A stretch of 64,000 nt of DNA, from NCBI RefSeq assembly GCF_006345805.1, contig NC_043014.1:10540001-10604000 (forward strand), given 5' to 3'. The position numbers and the translations under genes are program-made. This DNA is from Octopus sinensis. Its lineage: Eukaryota. The notes beneath the pieces were generated by a model. That model was not told the origin of the DNA. It did not search any database and was given only the letters and a program-made list of their open reading frames with translations. Positions 11,108 through 25,775 of the stretch are shown in pieces; the first letter of the stretch is position 1, and every line of letters begins with the position of its first letter.

Positions 11108-11520
11108 AGGCACAGTAGTGGCTGTGTGGTAAGTGGCTTGCTTACGAACCACATGGTTCCGGGTTCAGTTCCACTGCGTGGCACCTTGGGCAAGTGTCTT
11201 CTACTATAGCCTCGGGCCCACCAAAGCCTTGTGAGTGGATTTGGTAGACGGAAACTGAAAGAAGCCTGTCGTATATATGTATATATATGTATGTGTATGT
11301 GTGTATATGTTTGTGTGTCTGTGTTTGTCCCCCTAGCATTGCTTGACAACCGATGCTGGTGTATTTATGTCCCCGTTACTTAGCGGTTCGGCAAAAGAGA
11401 CCGATAGAATAAGTACTGGGCTTGCAAAAGAATAAGTCCTGGGGGTTGAGTTGCTCGATTAAAGGCGGTGCTCCAGCATGGCCGCAGTCAAATGACTGAA
11501 ACAAGTAAAAAAGAAAAAAA
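11108..11520 (+). mobile_element. SINE family D, near full length
   Basis: Head GTGGCTGTGTGGTAAG, CORE-like block, internal microsatellite, tail ...GACTGAAACAAG. Confidence 0.9.
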
Positions 11521-11569
11521 GAGTATTTAAAAATTAATAAATAAATAAATTCATGGATGGATGTTGTTT

Positions 11570-11874
11570 TCACAGCGATACTGCTCTTCTCAGTACATGA
11601 GCCGTTCCAGTTAATACGATTTTTTGCACTTCCTGTAGGGATGGTGAGCCTGGAATCATTTTCAAATAGGTTTCAGTACCCTTTTTTTTATCATTCCTAG
11701 AGATCCTACAATCACTGGTACTGTAGTCGCCTTGAGATGCCACATCTTTTCAATTTCTATTTGCAGGTTTACTAATCTTGTCAAGTTCTTTCGCCGCTAT
11801 ATTGTGATCGCAAGGGATACTCATGTCAATTAATAAACACATCCTTTTTGGTATGATCTTTTATAATAATATCC

Positions 11875-11875
<1 letters not shown>
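11570..11875 (-). mobile_element. R4/Dong-clade LINE 3' fragment (distinct subfamily)
   Basis: CLLIDMSIPCDHNIAAKELDKISK...MIPGSPSLQEVQKIVLTGTAHVLRRAVSL with frameshifts. Confidence 0.8.
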
Positions 11876-11907
<32 letters not shown>

Positions 11908-12015
11908 TATTATATATCTATACACATACATGCATGAATACAGACATACACACATACATACGCGAGTGCACATGTTTGGATATATATGTGTGTGTGTACA
12001 TGCATGCATTTATAT

Positions 12016-12132
<117 letters not shown>

Positions 12133-13059
12133 TATATATATTTATATTTATATACGCTAATGCTTCGATATACGACTTATTTTGCTCCCGGAGATTGCTC
12201 GTAAAGTGAAAACTCATAAAGCAGAAGAATACTTTTCCGTAGTAGCAATGTTCTAAATCGTAATTCGCTCCTAGATAAAAACTATTGTACTTATAAAATT
12301 TATAATACTTGGAAATAAATGGCAATAATAAAAGAACAATATAATTTATAGAATATTTTATGCAATACTTTTATACTGGAATCTTATTCGTTTCTCCAGA
12401 TATCGTAGTACTAATTCCAACAAGCACCACAAAACACGGGTTCTCCTTCACTCCCTTCAGACCTCTTAGGCATGTCATGCAACGAGGGTGACAAATGTTA
12501 TTAGGGCACTCTCCCTTCAAAGAGGAAAGAAAGTAACATAAAGGCAAAACAGGAATTTGAATGATTGATACGTGAAGAGTGTACTATAGGAATAAGAACA
12601 TTGGCTTCGTACTATCACCATCATCACCAGCACTTGAAACACCAACTACAAAATAACGCTGCTGACACCAAAACGCAAAGACGAGCCAGTTTACACCCAA
12701 ATTGAAAACAAGAACAAAACTTGTAAATACAATAAAGAAACATAATCTATACAGCCATTCACACAATTAACAAATAATTAATGGACTATATACACCAATA
12801 TACAAATATTAAACACACTTGCTAAATCACACCAATAAATAATATGACAGACGTAAACCTTTTTAAAACACTACAAATTTACTGACAGGAATCTTAAAAC
12901 AATATACTGTGAATGGATAGAGAAATTTCGAGAAGGAATTAAAGGTGTATAAAATTTACTGGAGGAGACACTCATAAATAATTGAAAGGACCAATAACGA
13001 ATCCCTCCACAGGGAATCTTTGCTATTACTCACTTTCCCGATTTATACAACATGGTCTT

Positions 13060-13190
13060 ATCCAAAATAACCAGTGTTGAACAGATGAGGTTTATGGTCG
13101 CCTTGGATGGAGGGACATTGCTTAATGACCTGAGGACACTGAGCATAGATGGTGTTGCCATCACCGAGACCAGGCACTCTGCAGCACTCT
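13060..13190 (+). pseudogene. Possible APE endonuclease N-terminus of an L1/Tx1-type ORF2
   Basis: Frameshifted LN.*GL.S.W...LLNDLRTLSIDGVAITET resembles the xNxxGL...ET motif. Confidence 0.4.
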
Positions 13191-14439
13191 ACCTTTGACA
13201 TCAACCTTCGGTGGTTAGCAGGTGTACGTAGGTCCAAGTTAGCAACGATGCTAATACTGGTGATGTTCGTGTTGCTGCTATTGTTGCCATGTATGCTCTT
13301 TTTGCTTTCGTTTTGCTTTTTTGCGCTGCTGCTTTTCACATCGCTGTAACTGCCGAAGATACAGTTATTTTTTTTATCTTTTTATCTTTTACTGATCTTA
13401 CTGGTGCTATCGCTACTGCTTTGCTTCTTTACTGCTGTTGGTATTGTAATGGTATTGTATTTATAGTGTCAGAAGCAGTGTGGGGCCGATCAAAACTTTC
13501 GCTTTCTGTTATGGCCAGAAGCTTTTCAGCTAATTGGCATCACCATATATGAGTCACCTGTATCTTTTAACCTCCACCCTAACGAGGGTTTCATGGTCCT
13601 TTGTCAGTTGGACTGGGTCCAGAATCTTTTCTAAATGTTCTGATTACATCTGTAATGTGACTTCCAATCTAATTCCGAACCAATTCTCCTACATATATTT
13701 TTAAAGTCCAAAAGAGTGTCACTTCCTAGATATATGAGAGCAAAATCAAATTCCTCACTCCTATAGCGGACAACAGAATAGTTTTAGCAAGGGCTTCATT
13801 GAAATATTGCACTTCGATGGCGCCAAAACATCATACCCTAGACGTGAAACCTATATCTATTTCAACCCATGTTTCGCGTAATCACCTTTTCAATTGGACA
13901 TGTCTAGCTATTTCCACGCGTCGATTTTTGACAAATATTATAATCTTCGTTGATAGATATTTATTAGATCTGGGTTATTTTCTTTAAAATGACATGTTTG
14001 CCCAACATAGAATCATGTAAGTTTATTGTGTCCGCTCTGGCGAACGATTTCGCATATGTGATGTAGGCTACGCCACTGCTTTGAATGGTTACATCGCAAG
14101 CAGTAGTGATAGTGGAGTCATTAGATTTAGAACCAACAGAAGTCGTTGTCGTAATAGCCTTCTTTTTATTTCCTCATGATCATTGTAACAGGGAATGGTG
14201 TTGGTGTCCTCCTTGTTGTCGTATACTGCTTCACATGCTGTTCTTTTTTTTTTTTTGCATTGTTGTGTTTGTTGTTAGCGCTAACAGCTTCAGAATTGAA
14301 GGTGACGCTGGCGTTAGTGATAGCAGTACTTTTGATCTCGATCATTTTCTGTGGGGGTTTTTTGGTGTTGGCATTGGTGTTGGTGGTTTTTTTTTTGTTG
14401 ACACTACGACCTATCGTGTTGGAATATGATGAGTTGTTG

Positions 14440-14954
<515 letters not shown>

Positions 14955-15390
14955 CGATATAAACGTATCTGTCACGACCTACCAAAAACTGAGCAAATAT
15001 AAAGATCTTGAAATAGAAATCAGCAAAATGTGGAATCTGAAGACTAAAACAATACCTGTTGTCATAGGTGCCCTGGGAATGATAGCAAAAGGGGCTGATT
15101 GCTACCTAACTCAGATACCAGGAAACCCCAAAATGGCAGAAATTCAAAAGATAGTGCTCATGGGAACTGCTCATATCCTACGCAAATCACTTTCTATGTA
15201 ATCTGAAGGCTTAAAACAAACATAATTTTTTTTTTAGACATCCACTAGTACAACACCGAAAAAAACAACAACCAAATATATGGCACACTAGGCATAACAA
15301 CAACGTGAACTTCCAACCTGTTGTCTCTTGAGGTCTCTGGGTGAGACTTGGAGCCAACTTGTACCAATATATAGCAAAAGTCAAACATAG
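14955..15390 (+). mobile_element. R4/Dong-clade LINE 3' fragment in (TAA)n
   Basis: KLSKYKDLEIEISKMW...IPVVIGALG...GTAHILRK; same subfamily as 10609. Confidence 0.85.
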
Positions 15391-15429
15391 AATAATAATA
15401 ATAATAATGCTGCTGCTGATGATGATGAT

Positions 15430-16058
15430 GATATTGTCGGTAATTGTGAAAGTCTTACGCAGAAAAAGTACAAGCGTAGACACGACAAGCAAGCCCAAAA
15501 CCTCCACAGGCTACTATACCGTAAGTATGGATATGAGGGTACGGAAAATACACAGGAAGAGGTAATGGACGAAAAAGGGAAGGCAAAAATCCTCTGGGTC
15601 TTTAATTTTCAGACAGACAAGGTGTTAGAGCGCCGAAAGCCGGATATAGTAACCCTTAGGGGGCCAAACAAGCGTGTCTAATAACTGACGTGGCAGTGCC
15701 AGGAGATCAACGTATCATCATGAAAGAATGAGAAAATGTTGACAAATATGGAGAATTGAGATCCCAAAGATGTGGCAGCTGCGGGAGTCAAACATAGAGG
15801 TTATCCCTATTGTCATCGGAGCATTGGCTTCAATACCACCTTAGCTGAAAAAAAAAAACATCTGAAAACCTTAGAGATACCCTACAATCTAGATGTATTG
15901 CAAAAGTCAGCATTTTTGGAACTGCACGCATATTCCGTAAAGTACTGTCTGTCTGAGGTCCTTGTTCTGACTTGACAAAGAGTACAAATCCCCGCTAGAC
16001 ACAAGACACAATATCTTCAATCAACAACCTCACCAAATTGTATAACGTGCGACGTCTA
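15430..16058 (+). mobile_element. R4/Dong-clade LINE 3' fragment (distinct subfamily)
   Basis: KKYKRRHD, KILW.FNFQTDK...KPDIV, DVAVPGD, IPIVIGAL motifs of the REL endonuclease; ends at (AAT)n. Confidence 0.8.
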
Positions 16059-16072
16059 TAATAATAATAATG

Positions 16073-16111
<39 letters not shown>

Positions 16112-16129
16112 TAATAATAATAATAAAGA

Positions 16130-16160
<31 letters not shown>

Positions 16161-16300
16161 AAGAAGAAGAAGAAGAAGAAGGAGAAGAAGAAGAAGAGAA
16201 GAAGAAGAAGAGAAGAAGAAGAAGAAGAAGAAGAAGAAGAAGAAGAAGAAGAAGAAGAAGAAGAAGAAGAAGAAGAAGAAGAAGAAGAAGAAGAAGAAGA

Positions 16301-16660
16301 AATGGACTAAACTAAATGCAAAAGAAATAGACAAAGAAAAATCCCAGCAATGGTTGAGAAGCTGAGGACTCAAAGCAGAGACAGAGGGATTTTTAATTGC
16401 AGCACAAGACCAAAGCCTCCCCACCAGAAACATATAAACATTACCAAAAACATTACCAAAAACATATAATGAAAAGAAATATAACAAGTGACTGCAGAAT
16501 ATGTGAAGATGGACAAGAAACAATAAATCACATTATCTCTGGCTGCCCAGTCCTGGCTAAGAAAGAATATATTTACAGACACGACAGAGTTGAGACCTTC
16601 ATACACTGGAAGCTATGCCAACATTATGGTATAACAACAGAAAAGAGATGGCATAGGCAC
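16301..16660 (+). mobile_element. R4/Dong-clade LINE internal fragment with CCHC knuckle
   Basis: WLRS.GLKAETEGFLIAAQDQSL...CRICEDGQETINHIISGCPVLAKKEYIYRHD. Confidence 0.85.
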
Positions 16661-16687
16661 TGAATGATAATGATAATAATAATAATG

Positions 16688-16751
<64 letters not shown>

Positions 16752-16755
<4 letters not shown>

Positions 16756-16985
16756 CCTTTCTACTATACGTAGAAGGCCTGAAATTTTTGGGGACCGATT
16801 ATCCGACACAGCCAAGACAGATAGTTTCAAATTTTGACACAATGCCACCAATTTTAGGAAGAGGGTCTTAGTCGATTACATCAACTCCTTTACAAAGTTA
16901 GTGTTATATTCTCCCGTACCCTAAGGTATGAAAGGCAAAGTTGACATCGGTGGAATTTGAACTCAGCACTCAAAAAGCCGAAAAG
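16752..16985 (-). mobile_element. SINE family A short-tail copy, diverged
   Basis: Tail CCTTTCTACTATA...CCTGAAATTTT and body motifs. Confidence 0.7.
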
Positions 16986-17482
16986 AATGCTTGCACTGCA
17001 ATTCTTCCTATGCTCTCACGGTTCTGCCAAGGTCGTTGACTTCAGAAAAAAAGAGGGGGAGAACAACAACAACATCATCGACAAAAGATGCTTAAGATAC
17101 ATTTTAAAAAAACAAAACCTGCTTTGTCAAAGTAAGATTAATATTTAATCACTGGTAATGAATATAGATTAAAATATTTAAAAGAATTATGGATGCCGCA
17201 ATAACACTATAAGAAGCTTAAAAAGACTTCGACACGGATTATATTTTGCAGTAAGAAAGTAAATTATCTGTTGCTAAATATACAATTAAAGGCATCGGTG
17301 ACGCTGTTGAATTGTGGAGCTGACGTTGTCAGTAAAATAATTGGTGGCGAATAAAAATAGGAACGAGAATTGCTTGAGGGATATAGGAATTAGCTGAAAA
17401 GTGCATTGTCCTAATTAACGTCAGTTTAGAGTGCAAGTCTTTCAAAACGACGTTGCCCCGTTGATATGTCATGTTTTACTTA

Positions 17483-19001
17483 AAGGCGGCGAGCTGGCAG
17501 AAATGTTAGCACGCCGAGCGAAATGCTTAGCGGTATTTCGTCTGCCGCTACGCTCTGAGTTCAAATTCCGCCGAGATCAACTTTGCCTTTCATCGTTTCG
17601 GGGTCGATAAATAAAGTACCAGTTACGCACTGGGGTAGATATAATCGACTCAATCCCTTTGTCTGTCCTTGTTTGTACCCTCTGTGTTTAGCCCCTTGTG
17701 GGTAGTAAAGAAATAGGTATTTCGTCCGCCGCTGCGTTCTGAGTTCAAATTCCACCGAGGTCGACTTTGCCTTTCATTGTTTCGGGGTCGATAAATAAAG
17801 TACCAGTTACGCACTGGGGTAGATATAATCGACTCAATCCCTTTGTCTGTCCTTGTTTGTCCCCTCTGTGTGTAGCCCCTTGTGGGTAGTAAAGAAATAG
17901 GTATTTCGTCCGCCGCTGCGTTCTGAGTTCAAATTCCACCGAGGTCGACTTTGCCTTTCATCGTTTCGGGGTCAATAAATAAAGTACCAGTTACGCACTG
18001 GGGTAGATATAATCGACTCAATCCCTTTGTCTGTCCTTGTTTGTCCCCTCTGTGTTTAGCCCCTTGTGGGTAGTAAAGAAATAGGTATTTCGTCCGCCAC
18101 TGCGTTCTCAGTTCAAATTCCACCGAGGTCGACTTTGCCTTTCATCGTTTCGGGGTCGATAAATGAAGTACCAGTTACGCACTGGGGTCGATATAATCGA
18201 CTTAATCCTTTGTCTGTCCTTGTTTGTCCCCTCTGTGTGTAGCCCCTTGTGGGTAGTAAAGAAATAGGTATTTCGTCCGCCGCTGCGTTCTGAGTTCAAA
18301 TTCCACCGAGGTCGACTTTGCCTTTCATCGTTTCGGGGTCAATAAATAAAGTACCAGTTACGCACTGGGGTAGATATAATCGACTCAATCCCTTTGTCTG
18401 TCCTTGTTTGTCCCCTCTGTGTTTAGCCCCTTGTGGGTAGTAAAGAAATAGGTATTTCGTCCGCCACTGCGTTCTCAGTTCAAATTCCACCGAGGTCGAC
18501 TTTGCCTTTCATCGTTTCGGGGTCGATAAATGAAGTACCAGTTACGCACTGGGGTCGATATAATCGACTTAATCCCTTTGTCTGTCCTTGTTTGTCCCCT
18601 CTGTGTTTAGCCCCTGGTGGATTAAAAAGAAATAGGTATTTCGTCCGCCGCAGCGTTCTGAGTTCAAATTACACCGAGGTAGACTTTGCCTTTCATCCTT
18701 TCGGGGTCGATTAAATAAGTACCAGTTACGCACTGGGGTAGATATAATCGACTCAATCTCTTTGTCTGTCCTTGTTTGTCCCATCTATGTTTAGCCCCTT
18801 GTGGGTAGTAAAGAAATAGGTATTTCGTCCGCCTCTGCGTTCTGAGTTCAAATTCCACCGAGGTCGACTTTGCCTATCATCCTGTCGGGGTCGATAAATA
18901 AAGTACCAGTTACGCACTGGGGTCGATATAATCGACTCAATCCCTTTGTCTATCCTTGTTTGTCCTCTCTATGTTTAGCCCCTTGTGGGCAATAAAGAAA
19001 T
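17483..19001 (+). repeat. Tandem array of 8 x ~184-bp units derived from SINE family A
   Basis: Units start at 17532, 17716, 17900, 18084, 18267, 18451, 18635, 18819; one head only; single 13-bp TSD TCATGTTTTACTT (17469-17481, 19005-19017). Confidence 0.95.
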
Positions 19002-22000
19002 GTATCATGTTTTACTTGTTTCACATATACGACAGCGGCCATACTGAGGCACCACTTGAATTGAGTCCAGTGCTTCTTTTATATTTGAATCGTGTCCAGA
19101 TAGATGAAATATGAAGCTGCTCTGGTAGGATTTGAACTCAGAATATTAGACAACAAAGCTAAATAAATCAAGGTATTTTCCACCTCGATCTATCTATGAC
19201 GTTTACCAAATGCTTTCATAAAAAAACATAAAAAAGTTATAAAAAAGTGTTACCTTTGATGAATTGCGTATGTAGTCAACAGAATTTGAACACGTAGTCA
19301 TTGACTCATATATTAGCAGACCTTATTGTACAGAAAGTAGATACAAGCACTAGCTAGAATCATATTGGCTGCAACTGTTTCAGCCGTCAAACATGAGACC
19401 AACGAAAACACATCTTCGGAGCAAAGTCCCCTTCAAAACTTATCTTATAAAGTGTTGGATGAATCTCATAGGAACTACCCAAATTTTTGATGCCTGAATG
19501 ACACGACGTTTGACAAGCCTGATGCAGTTCGTGAGCTACGCAGCTTAAATACTCAAGTCAGTATTTATTTTATTTCAGATTTGATCTTCTTGCTAAGGTT
19601 CTTCTTGAACTGGTCAACAATCTTTAAGATGACACAGTTTCAAATAATCCAAACTGCAACAAATTATTTCATACATCTGTCAAGACACCAATGAATAAGT
19701 CTGCCACATCGCTACACGCAATAAAACTTGTAGGCATTATTACCCATTTCCGCTTCATTGTACCTCGTACAACTTTCAGATATTTCCTGTATCTCAAATG
19801 CCATTTTAGGCGTTTTGCAACACTTCATTTTCATTTCGTTGATGGGATTATTGGAATATTGTTGCCGAAGGAAATAATGTTTATTTCTTCCCGCAAAGCA
19901 CTCGGGGGATGCATTGCTAAAAAGCTGTACACGTTTGCCTAAAATAAGATAGTACGGCCTTGCTGTTACGTCAACGGATGCCTCGATATTTATGTTTCAA
20001 ATGAAAGAAACCTCTTATGGCGAGCAAATAGTTTATGATGCATGTCCTAATAACCTATTTTAAACTCACCACTAGCTTCGCCCTAATATGCGGTTTCCTA
20101 TCATTGTAGTCTTGCTAAACCTAATCGGTTGTTCTCTAAACCTTCTTTATCATTATAGGGAATGCTTAGTTGAAACAGAGAAGAAATAGCCTAAATTTCA
20201 TGAGAAAAATGTTTTTAATTAATCCACATATGCTCAATTATATAGCTTATCTTCTTCCTATAAATTTTCTGTACAAGGAACGACAAGTTCTTTGTAGCTA
20301 ATCCAAGTTTTAACTGTCAATTTTTTAAGATATTTTTGTGACAATTATCTTAAAATCTGCTGAGGGAATAATTCATTTCCTTAAAGAAGTACAAAAAAGA
20401 AATTGAATAAATTCCTCGCTCCCAATAAAGTCTTCAAATATATAATTAATTTCATTATTCACATTAAAGAAGGTATCAAATAAATAAACTCATATACAAT
20501 TTATGATATACACTCAATATAAAATGTTGTATATAAAATGGGCAACGAATTATGTGGGAGCATAAATATACAAAAACATGGACTGGGGTTCAATCCCAGC
20601 GTGCGCATTCGATATGTTCGAATAGCTGCCAAATCTCCCTCATTTCACTTTCTGTTATGTAAAATGTGGCGAGAACATACTGGGTAATATAGTCACATGT
20701 AACCCTTTTTTTTATCATAATCTTCTCCATTATAGTAGTGCTGGGCCCAAACAATACCAACATCTATAAAATTTGTGGTGTAGAAAGTAACAAAGTTACA
20801 AAATATGTAACGAAAGTTAATCTCCCTGAATGTACGGCACCTAGATAGGATCAGAGTGTCTTAAAACCTCGACAACTTTCAGCTGCAAAATATAGACCAA
20901 AATTAAAAGAACTGTCCATTTTCCTATATATCAGTTTTGCGACATGAGGCAAACAACATCATTCCTGCCTGTGTCATTGCCAAAGGAAAGCGAAAGAATT
21001 AGCATTATACATTACTCAGCTAACACCGGTTTGGACAACATCCTGGTGGAACAGTCGTTCATCTTCTGTGCACATCATAACCAAGCCCGAATCCTAATTT
21101 ACATACATCTACGTATGGGTTTTTTAATTCAGTTTAGGATTTCAGAAATTTGTCCTTAGCCTCTGGACCGAAGATCATCTGGAATACACGAATTAGTTAC
21201 TCTGCTCACGTTCTCCCTGTCAAAGTCGTCGCTTATGCACACCACTGATCATTGTAAATTGCTACTTGAATGAAATATATATCATACACACATACCAAAA
21301 TATATTCCTTACCATAGAAATTTACAGTGATGGTGGACTTGTACATTGTCGGTGTGGCATGGTTAAAATCAGAAAACAAGTAATTTTAATTATTATAAAT
21401 GCACACATTCAAATAATAAATGTCGTTTGAGCAATACTAAGCTTAAACACCGCCAATCGCAGCCCTAGAGTATAACAAGCGACAAAAATTATATAAACAG
21501 GGGCTTCAACCATCCGCTCACTATCATACACAATATGACAGAGAGTATTTGCCAAAGAATATCTAAAATATCATCTACCTTTGTCATATTTTTAAATGAT
21601 CACCCAATACCACAACAGAAATCGAGTTAGTGGTGGTTTTAACAGCAAACAGAAATACAAAATGCAACCTACAGCAAATAACTTCAAACTTCAGAAGGGA
21701 GAATTACCTGTTTTAATCTTCTATGGAGTTAAAGCAAGACCATTCCTTCCACTAAGTAGTCATTCCCTTTTTTCAAAAATGACATGATGAAAACTTCGAA
21801 ATATTCTAAGGTCAGTCAGAGTTATATAGGTATCACCGAAATTCAAATCTCTAACCATAGCCATAAATTTAGAAATACAAGAAAATTAAGATTACAGAGA
21901 ACAGATGTAGAAGTGGTAGAATGTATTGTAAAGAAACATCAATCAGAATAAGCGATAATTCCTTTAACTGTAACGAAGTTTTGAAAATATATGTGATTTC

Positions 22001-22278
22001 CGAAGTGCGTAGATAGCAACTCCAACATAAAAGAGACGATTGTAGCAAAAATTAAAGTTAATATAAAGTCTGTCAAGGACATCGTCGACCGTGCGTAACT
22101 GAAAATCTCCAGATTAGACTCAAACGGGTCTCTTTTTATATAAAAAATTAGACATCTTCATGTGCTTACATTAACCTAAAGAAATATAATCTAAAAGCTT
22201 ACCGAGGCTATTCCAGTACCAGAACATTTCGAACTACGAGATGTGTCGTTACGCATAAATTTAATTGGGTCCATCATA

Positions 22279-22515
22279 CCTATTTCTTTACTGCCCACAA
22301 GGGGCTAAACACAAAGGAGACAAACAAGTACAGACAGACGGATTAAGTCGATTATATCGACCCCAGTGCGTAACTAGTACTTAATATATTGACCTCGAAA
22401 GGATGAAAGGCAAAGTCGACCTCCGCGGAACTTGAAATTAGAACGTAACGGCAGACGAAATACGGCTGCACATTTCGCCCTGTGTGCTAACGTTTCTGCC
22501 AGCTCGCCGCCTTAC
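22279..22515 (-). mobile_element. Full-length monomer of SINE family A (long tail)
   Basis: 14-bp TSD TTGGGTCCATCATA (22265-22278, 22516-22529). Confidence 0.92.
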
Positions 22516-23843
22516 TTGGGTCCATCATATTGACCACACATGCACATACAAACACAGGCTCAAGCCATGGGCTCCTATTTTCCTCCCTTTGCTGTGGTTA
22601 TGGCTGTTATCAAGCTTTATGGCTGTTATCAAATTATCGAATGCATTATCAAATTACATTATCAAATATCGTGTAATAATTTTATTTTCTTTGCAAATCG
22701 ATGTTGTTTTCTAGCATTTTTAAAACATTTTGTTTTAAATTCCCAGCTAAGCTGCTTCATAATCTTCTTATTCTTTGAAGACACGTTTGAGATGCTGATG
22801 GTTTGGTCACCCAGAGAGGAATTTAGATTAAGTTTGTTGCTTTCATATTTCATGCGTTGTGGCTAACCTCTAACTATTATCCATGTTCAAGTCATCTTTT
22901 GATATTTCATTCATTTCTTGTGATAAACACATCGAAAAGTTATAAAGAGTTTTTAACGCATGAGAAATAATTAGACTGGAGTTTTGTTGGCGTTTTTGTT
23001 TATTGATTGTTTGATTGGCTAATCTCTAGTTAATTCAGATGTGAAGTCTTCTAACGTAATATTTAGTCACCATTTTGTTTCACATTTACTCAGTGTTGTA
23101 TGCTTCATAAGCACAGCGTTTCGATTGATGAATTACAATACGTGGCCTCGATTAGTGTTGAAACAGCTTTATACCAAGTTTTCATTCTTTTTTCTTTTTT
23201 CAAACAAAGTCCAAAGTTTCGTTTATTTTCATATATTTATCGATATATTTAGCTAGTAAGTCAATCCTGTTTTGCTAAGCTACGTATCTCCTCAAGGAAA
23301 ATATGATCGCACAGAACTGTATTCTATAGAAACAGTAATATTTCTTTATCATGCATTTTTATGACCAATGGCTAACATTAAATACAATGAACGTCACTGT
23401 TTAATAATGACAGATGGCAACGATTTGGGGGAAATGATATTTGAAAACGGAATAATAATGTTCAAAACGGTCTGTGGCTGAACAAATAGTTGTCTTTCGG
23501 GACGAAAATTACAGCAGTAATATTTATCATTTTGAACACAGGATATTGTCCTATGTCTTTATATGTTTAAAGAATATTGGCGAGAAAAACATACAAACGT
23601 TTGTAAAATCGAATAAAAGAACAGGGACATGTCCACCGTCATACAGACACACGGACACACACATGTTTGAACACATTTACAGCAAAAGTATATATGAGTA
23701 TGTATGTCTGTGTGTGTATCGGGAGAGAGAGAGAGAGGAGCAGACACACTGACACAGGAACAGATTGATAGATAGATAGATCGATAGATAGACAGACAGA
23801 CATATAGATCGAAAGATAGATAGATATAGATAGATAGATAGAT

Positions 23844-24232
23844 GACTTTCTTTATAGGCCACACATGGCTGAACAGAGAGGGGCCAAATACAAATGTAGA
23901 GTTTTTCTTTTCGAAAAAAGAAAAAAGAGAAAAAGGGAACTAATGTAAAATTTGGGATCGGGGGAAAAACAAGAAAAAAAGAAAAGAAAAAAGGGATCAA
24001 AAGGGATCGTGTATCACAGAAGAAAGTTTTAAAATGTAAGAAATAAGATTGGGCTTATCTGTGGAAAGAAAAGCCTACGGAAAAGACCACGGTAACCTCA
24101 GGCAGGGAAGAAATAAACACATGAGAACAAAGTGCTCTCTCTTTCTCTCTCTCTTTTTACGATTTACAGAATTATGCTCAAAGTGGTTTCGTCGCTCGCA
24201 CGTACCATCTTTGCTACATTAACCCACCTTCA
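23844..24232 (-). mobile_element. Tx1/L1-type LINE 3' end inside (GATA)n
   Basis: Homologous to the 3' UTR and ORF2 end of 62353-63288; (GATA)n on both sides. Confidence 0.8.
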
Positions 24233-24233
24233 T

Positions 24234-24291
<58 letters not shown>

Positions 24292-24565
24292 TTGGCGGCA
24301 ATAGTACCAGGTAATAATAGTAATTTAAGTTACATTTAATGGACGCGTGAAAATATATCTCAAAACGAGTCGAGCTACATAAAACAACGATTGAAAGAAG
24401 CTGAAAATATTTATTTCCTTATTTTCATATTATTCTTAATTATCATTTAATTATTTTCGTATTATTCTCAGTTATTATTTAATTAATTTCGTATTATTCT
24501 TAATACTTTCAGAACATTTTTTATTGATATTTTATGTTGCTTCTATCTATATGAATAGCCTTCTA

Positions 24566-24847
24566 TATGAATAGCCTAGTGGTTAGGGCAGCGGGCTCAC
24601 GGTCGCAGGATCGCGGTTTCGATTCCCAGACAGGGCATTGTGAGTGTTTATTGAGCTAAAAGCTCGACGAGGCTCCGGCAGGGGGTGGTGATCCCTGCTG
24701 TACTCTTTCACCGCTCTTTCTTCTGTTGGCCTGCTCGCTTAACCAGCGGGGTGGCATCATTCGAAGGCTAAAACAATGCGAACGCATTGTAACCAGCGAT
24801 GTGTAACAACATCTGGTGGTCTGGTCGGTCACGTGATCACGTGATAT
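24566..24847 (+). mobile_element. SINE head B + tail 2
   Basis: Head-B body followed by ...GGTCACGTGATCACGTGAT tail. Confidence 0.85.
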
Positions 24848-25197
24848 ATATATATATATACATATAAATTCATACAAAATTTAGAGGAATGACCCCTAAA
24901 GTGGACACCTAATATGCTAAACATAGACGTCAAATCGCCAATACCACGAATAACGTCTATGTTTAGCATATTTGGTGTTCACTTTAGTGGTTATTCCTTT
25001 GAAATTTCTATTTCATTCGTAAACCCCCATGTACAACAAGGAATAAAATCTTCTAAAGAAAATATGGATTTACAATAGTTTCAATGTCATGATTAGTGCA
25101 AGCGAAACCTGTCGACACACACAATAACTTTTTACTTATAAAATATATTTTTAAAAAATTAAAACTATGTAAACTGGGTGCATTTCCCTTCTTTTAT

Positions 25198-25263
<66 letters not shown>

Positions 25264-25276
25264 CGTGCGTGTGCAA

Positions 25277-25395
25277 CGCTTTGTTAGGCCCAAGGCTATA
25301 GTGGAGGACACTTGCCCAAGGTCTTCGCAGTGCTACTGAATACGAAAACATGTGGTTGAAAAGCAAGCTTCTTACTACACAGCCTCTCCTACGCC
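25277..25395 (-). mobile_element. SINE family D head fragment
   Basis: CORE-like block and head on minus strand. Confidence 0.7.
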
Positions 25396-25544
25396 CTTTC
25401 TAAATACTTTTCTCCCAAAACATTTTAGAGCACGTGGTGTGCTTGGAGATAATCACTTCTAGATAAATCAATAGAATGGATAGATGTTTGAATTCTAAAC
25501 CCAAGAGTAACAAACAAGACGCACCGAATACATATATGTATATG

Positions 25545-25775
25545 TTTCTTTATTACCCACAAGGGGCTAAACACAGAGGGGACAAACAAGGACAAACAAA
25601 GGGATTAAGTCTATTACATCGACCCCAGTGCGAAACCGGTACTTTATTTATCGACCCCGAAAGGATGAAAGGCAAAGTCAACCTCGGCGGAATTTGAACT
25701 CAGAACGTAACGACTGACGAAATACTGCTAGGCATTTTTCCCGGCGTGCTAACGATTCTGCCAGCTTGCCGCCGC
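25545..25775 (-). mobile_element. SINE family A long-tail copy
   Basis: Matches 22279-22515. Confidence 0.9.

Noticed and set aside
13560-13900. Second APE endonuclease relic on the minus strand (ETW ... DH)
   Set aside because: Motifs are too short and fall in different frames.
17483-19001. CRISPR-like regular array (also 50188-52676)
   Set aside because: Units repeat end to end with no unique spacers, there are no cas genes, and the context is eukaryotic.
21900-22130. GPCR- or Cys-loop-receptor-like pseudogene (SLTDFILTL)
   Set aside because: Only one short motif; a T-rich strand gives hydrophobic peptides by chance.
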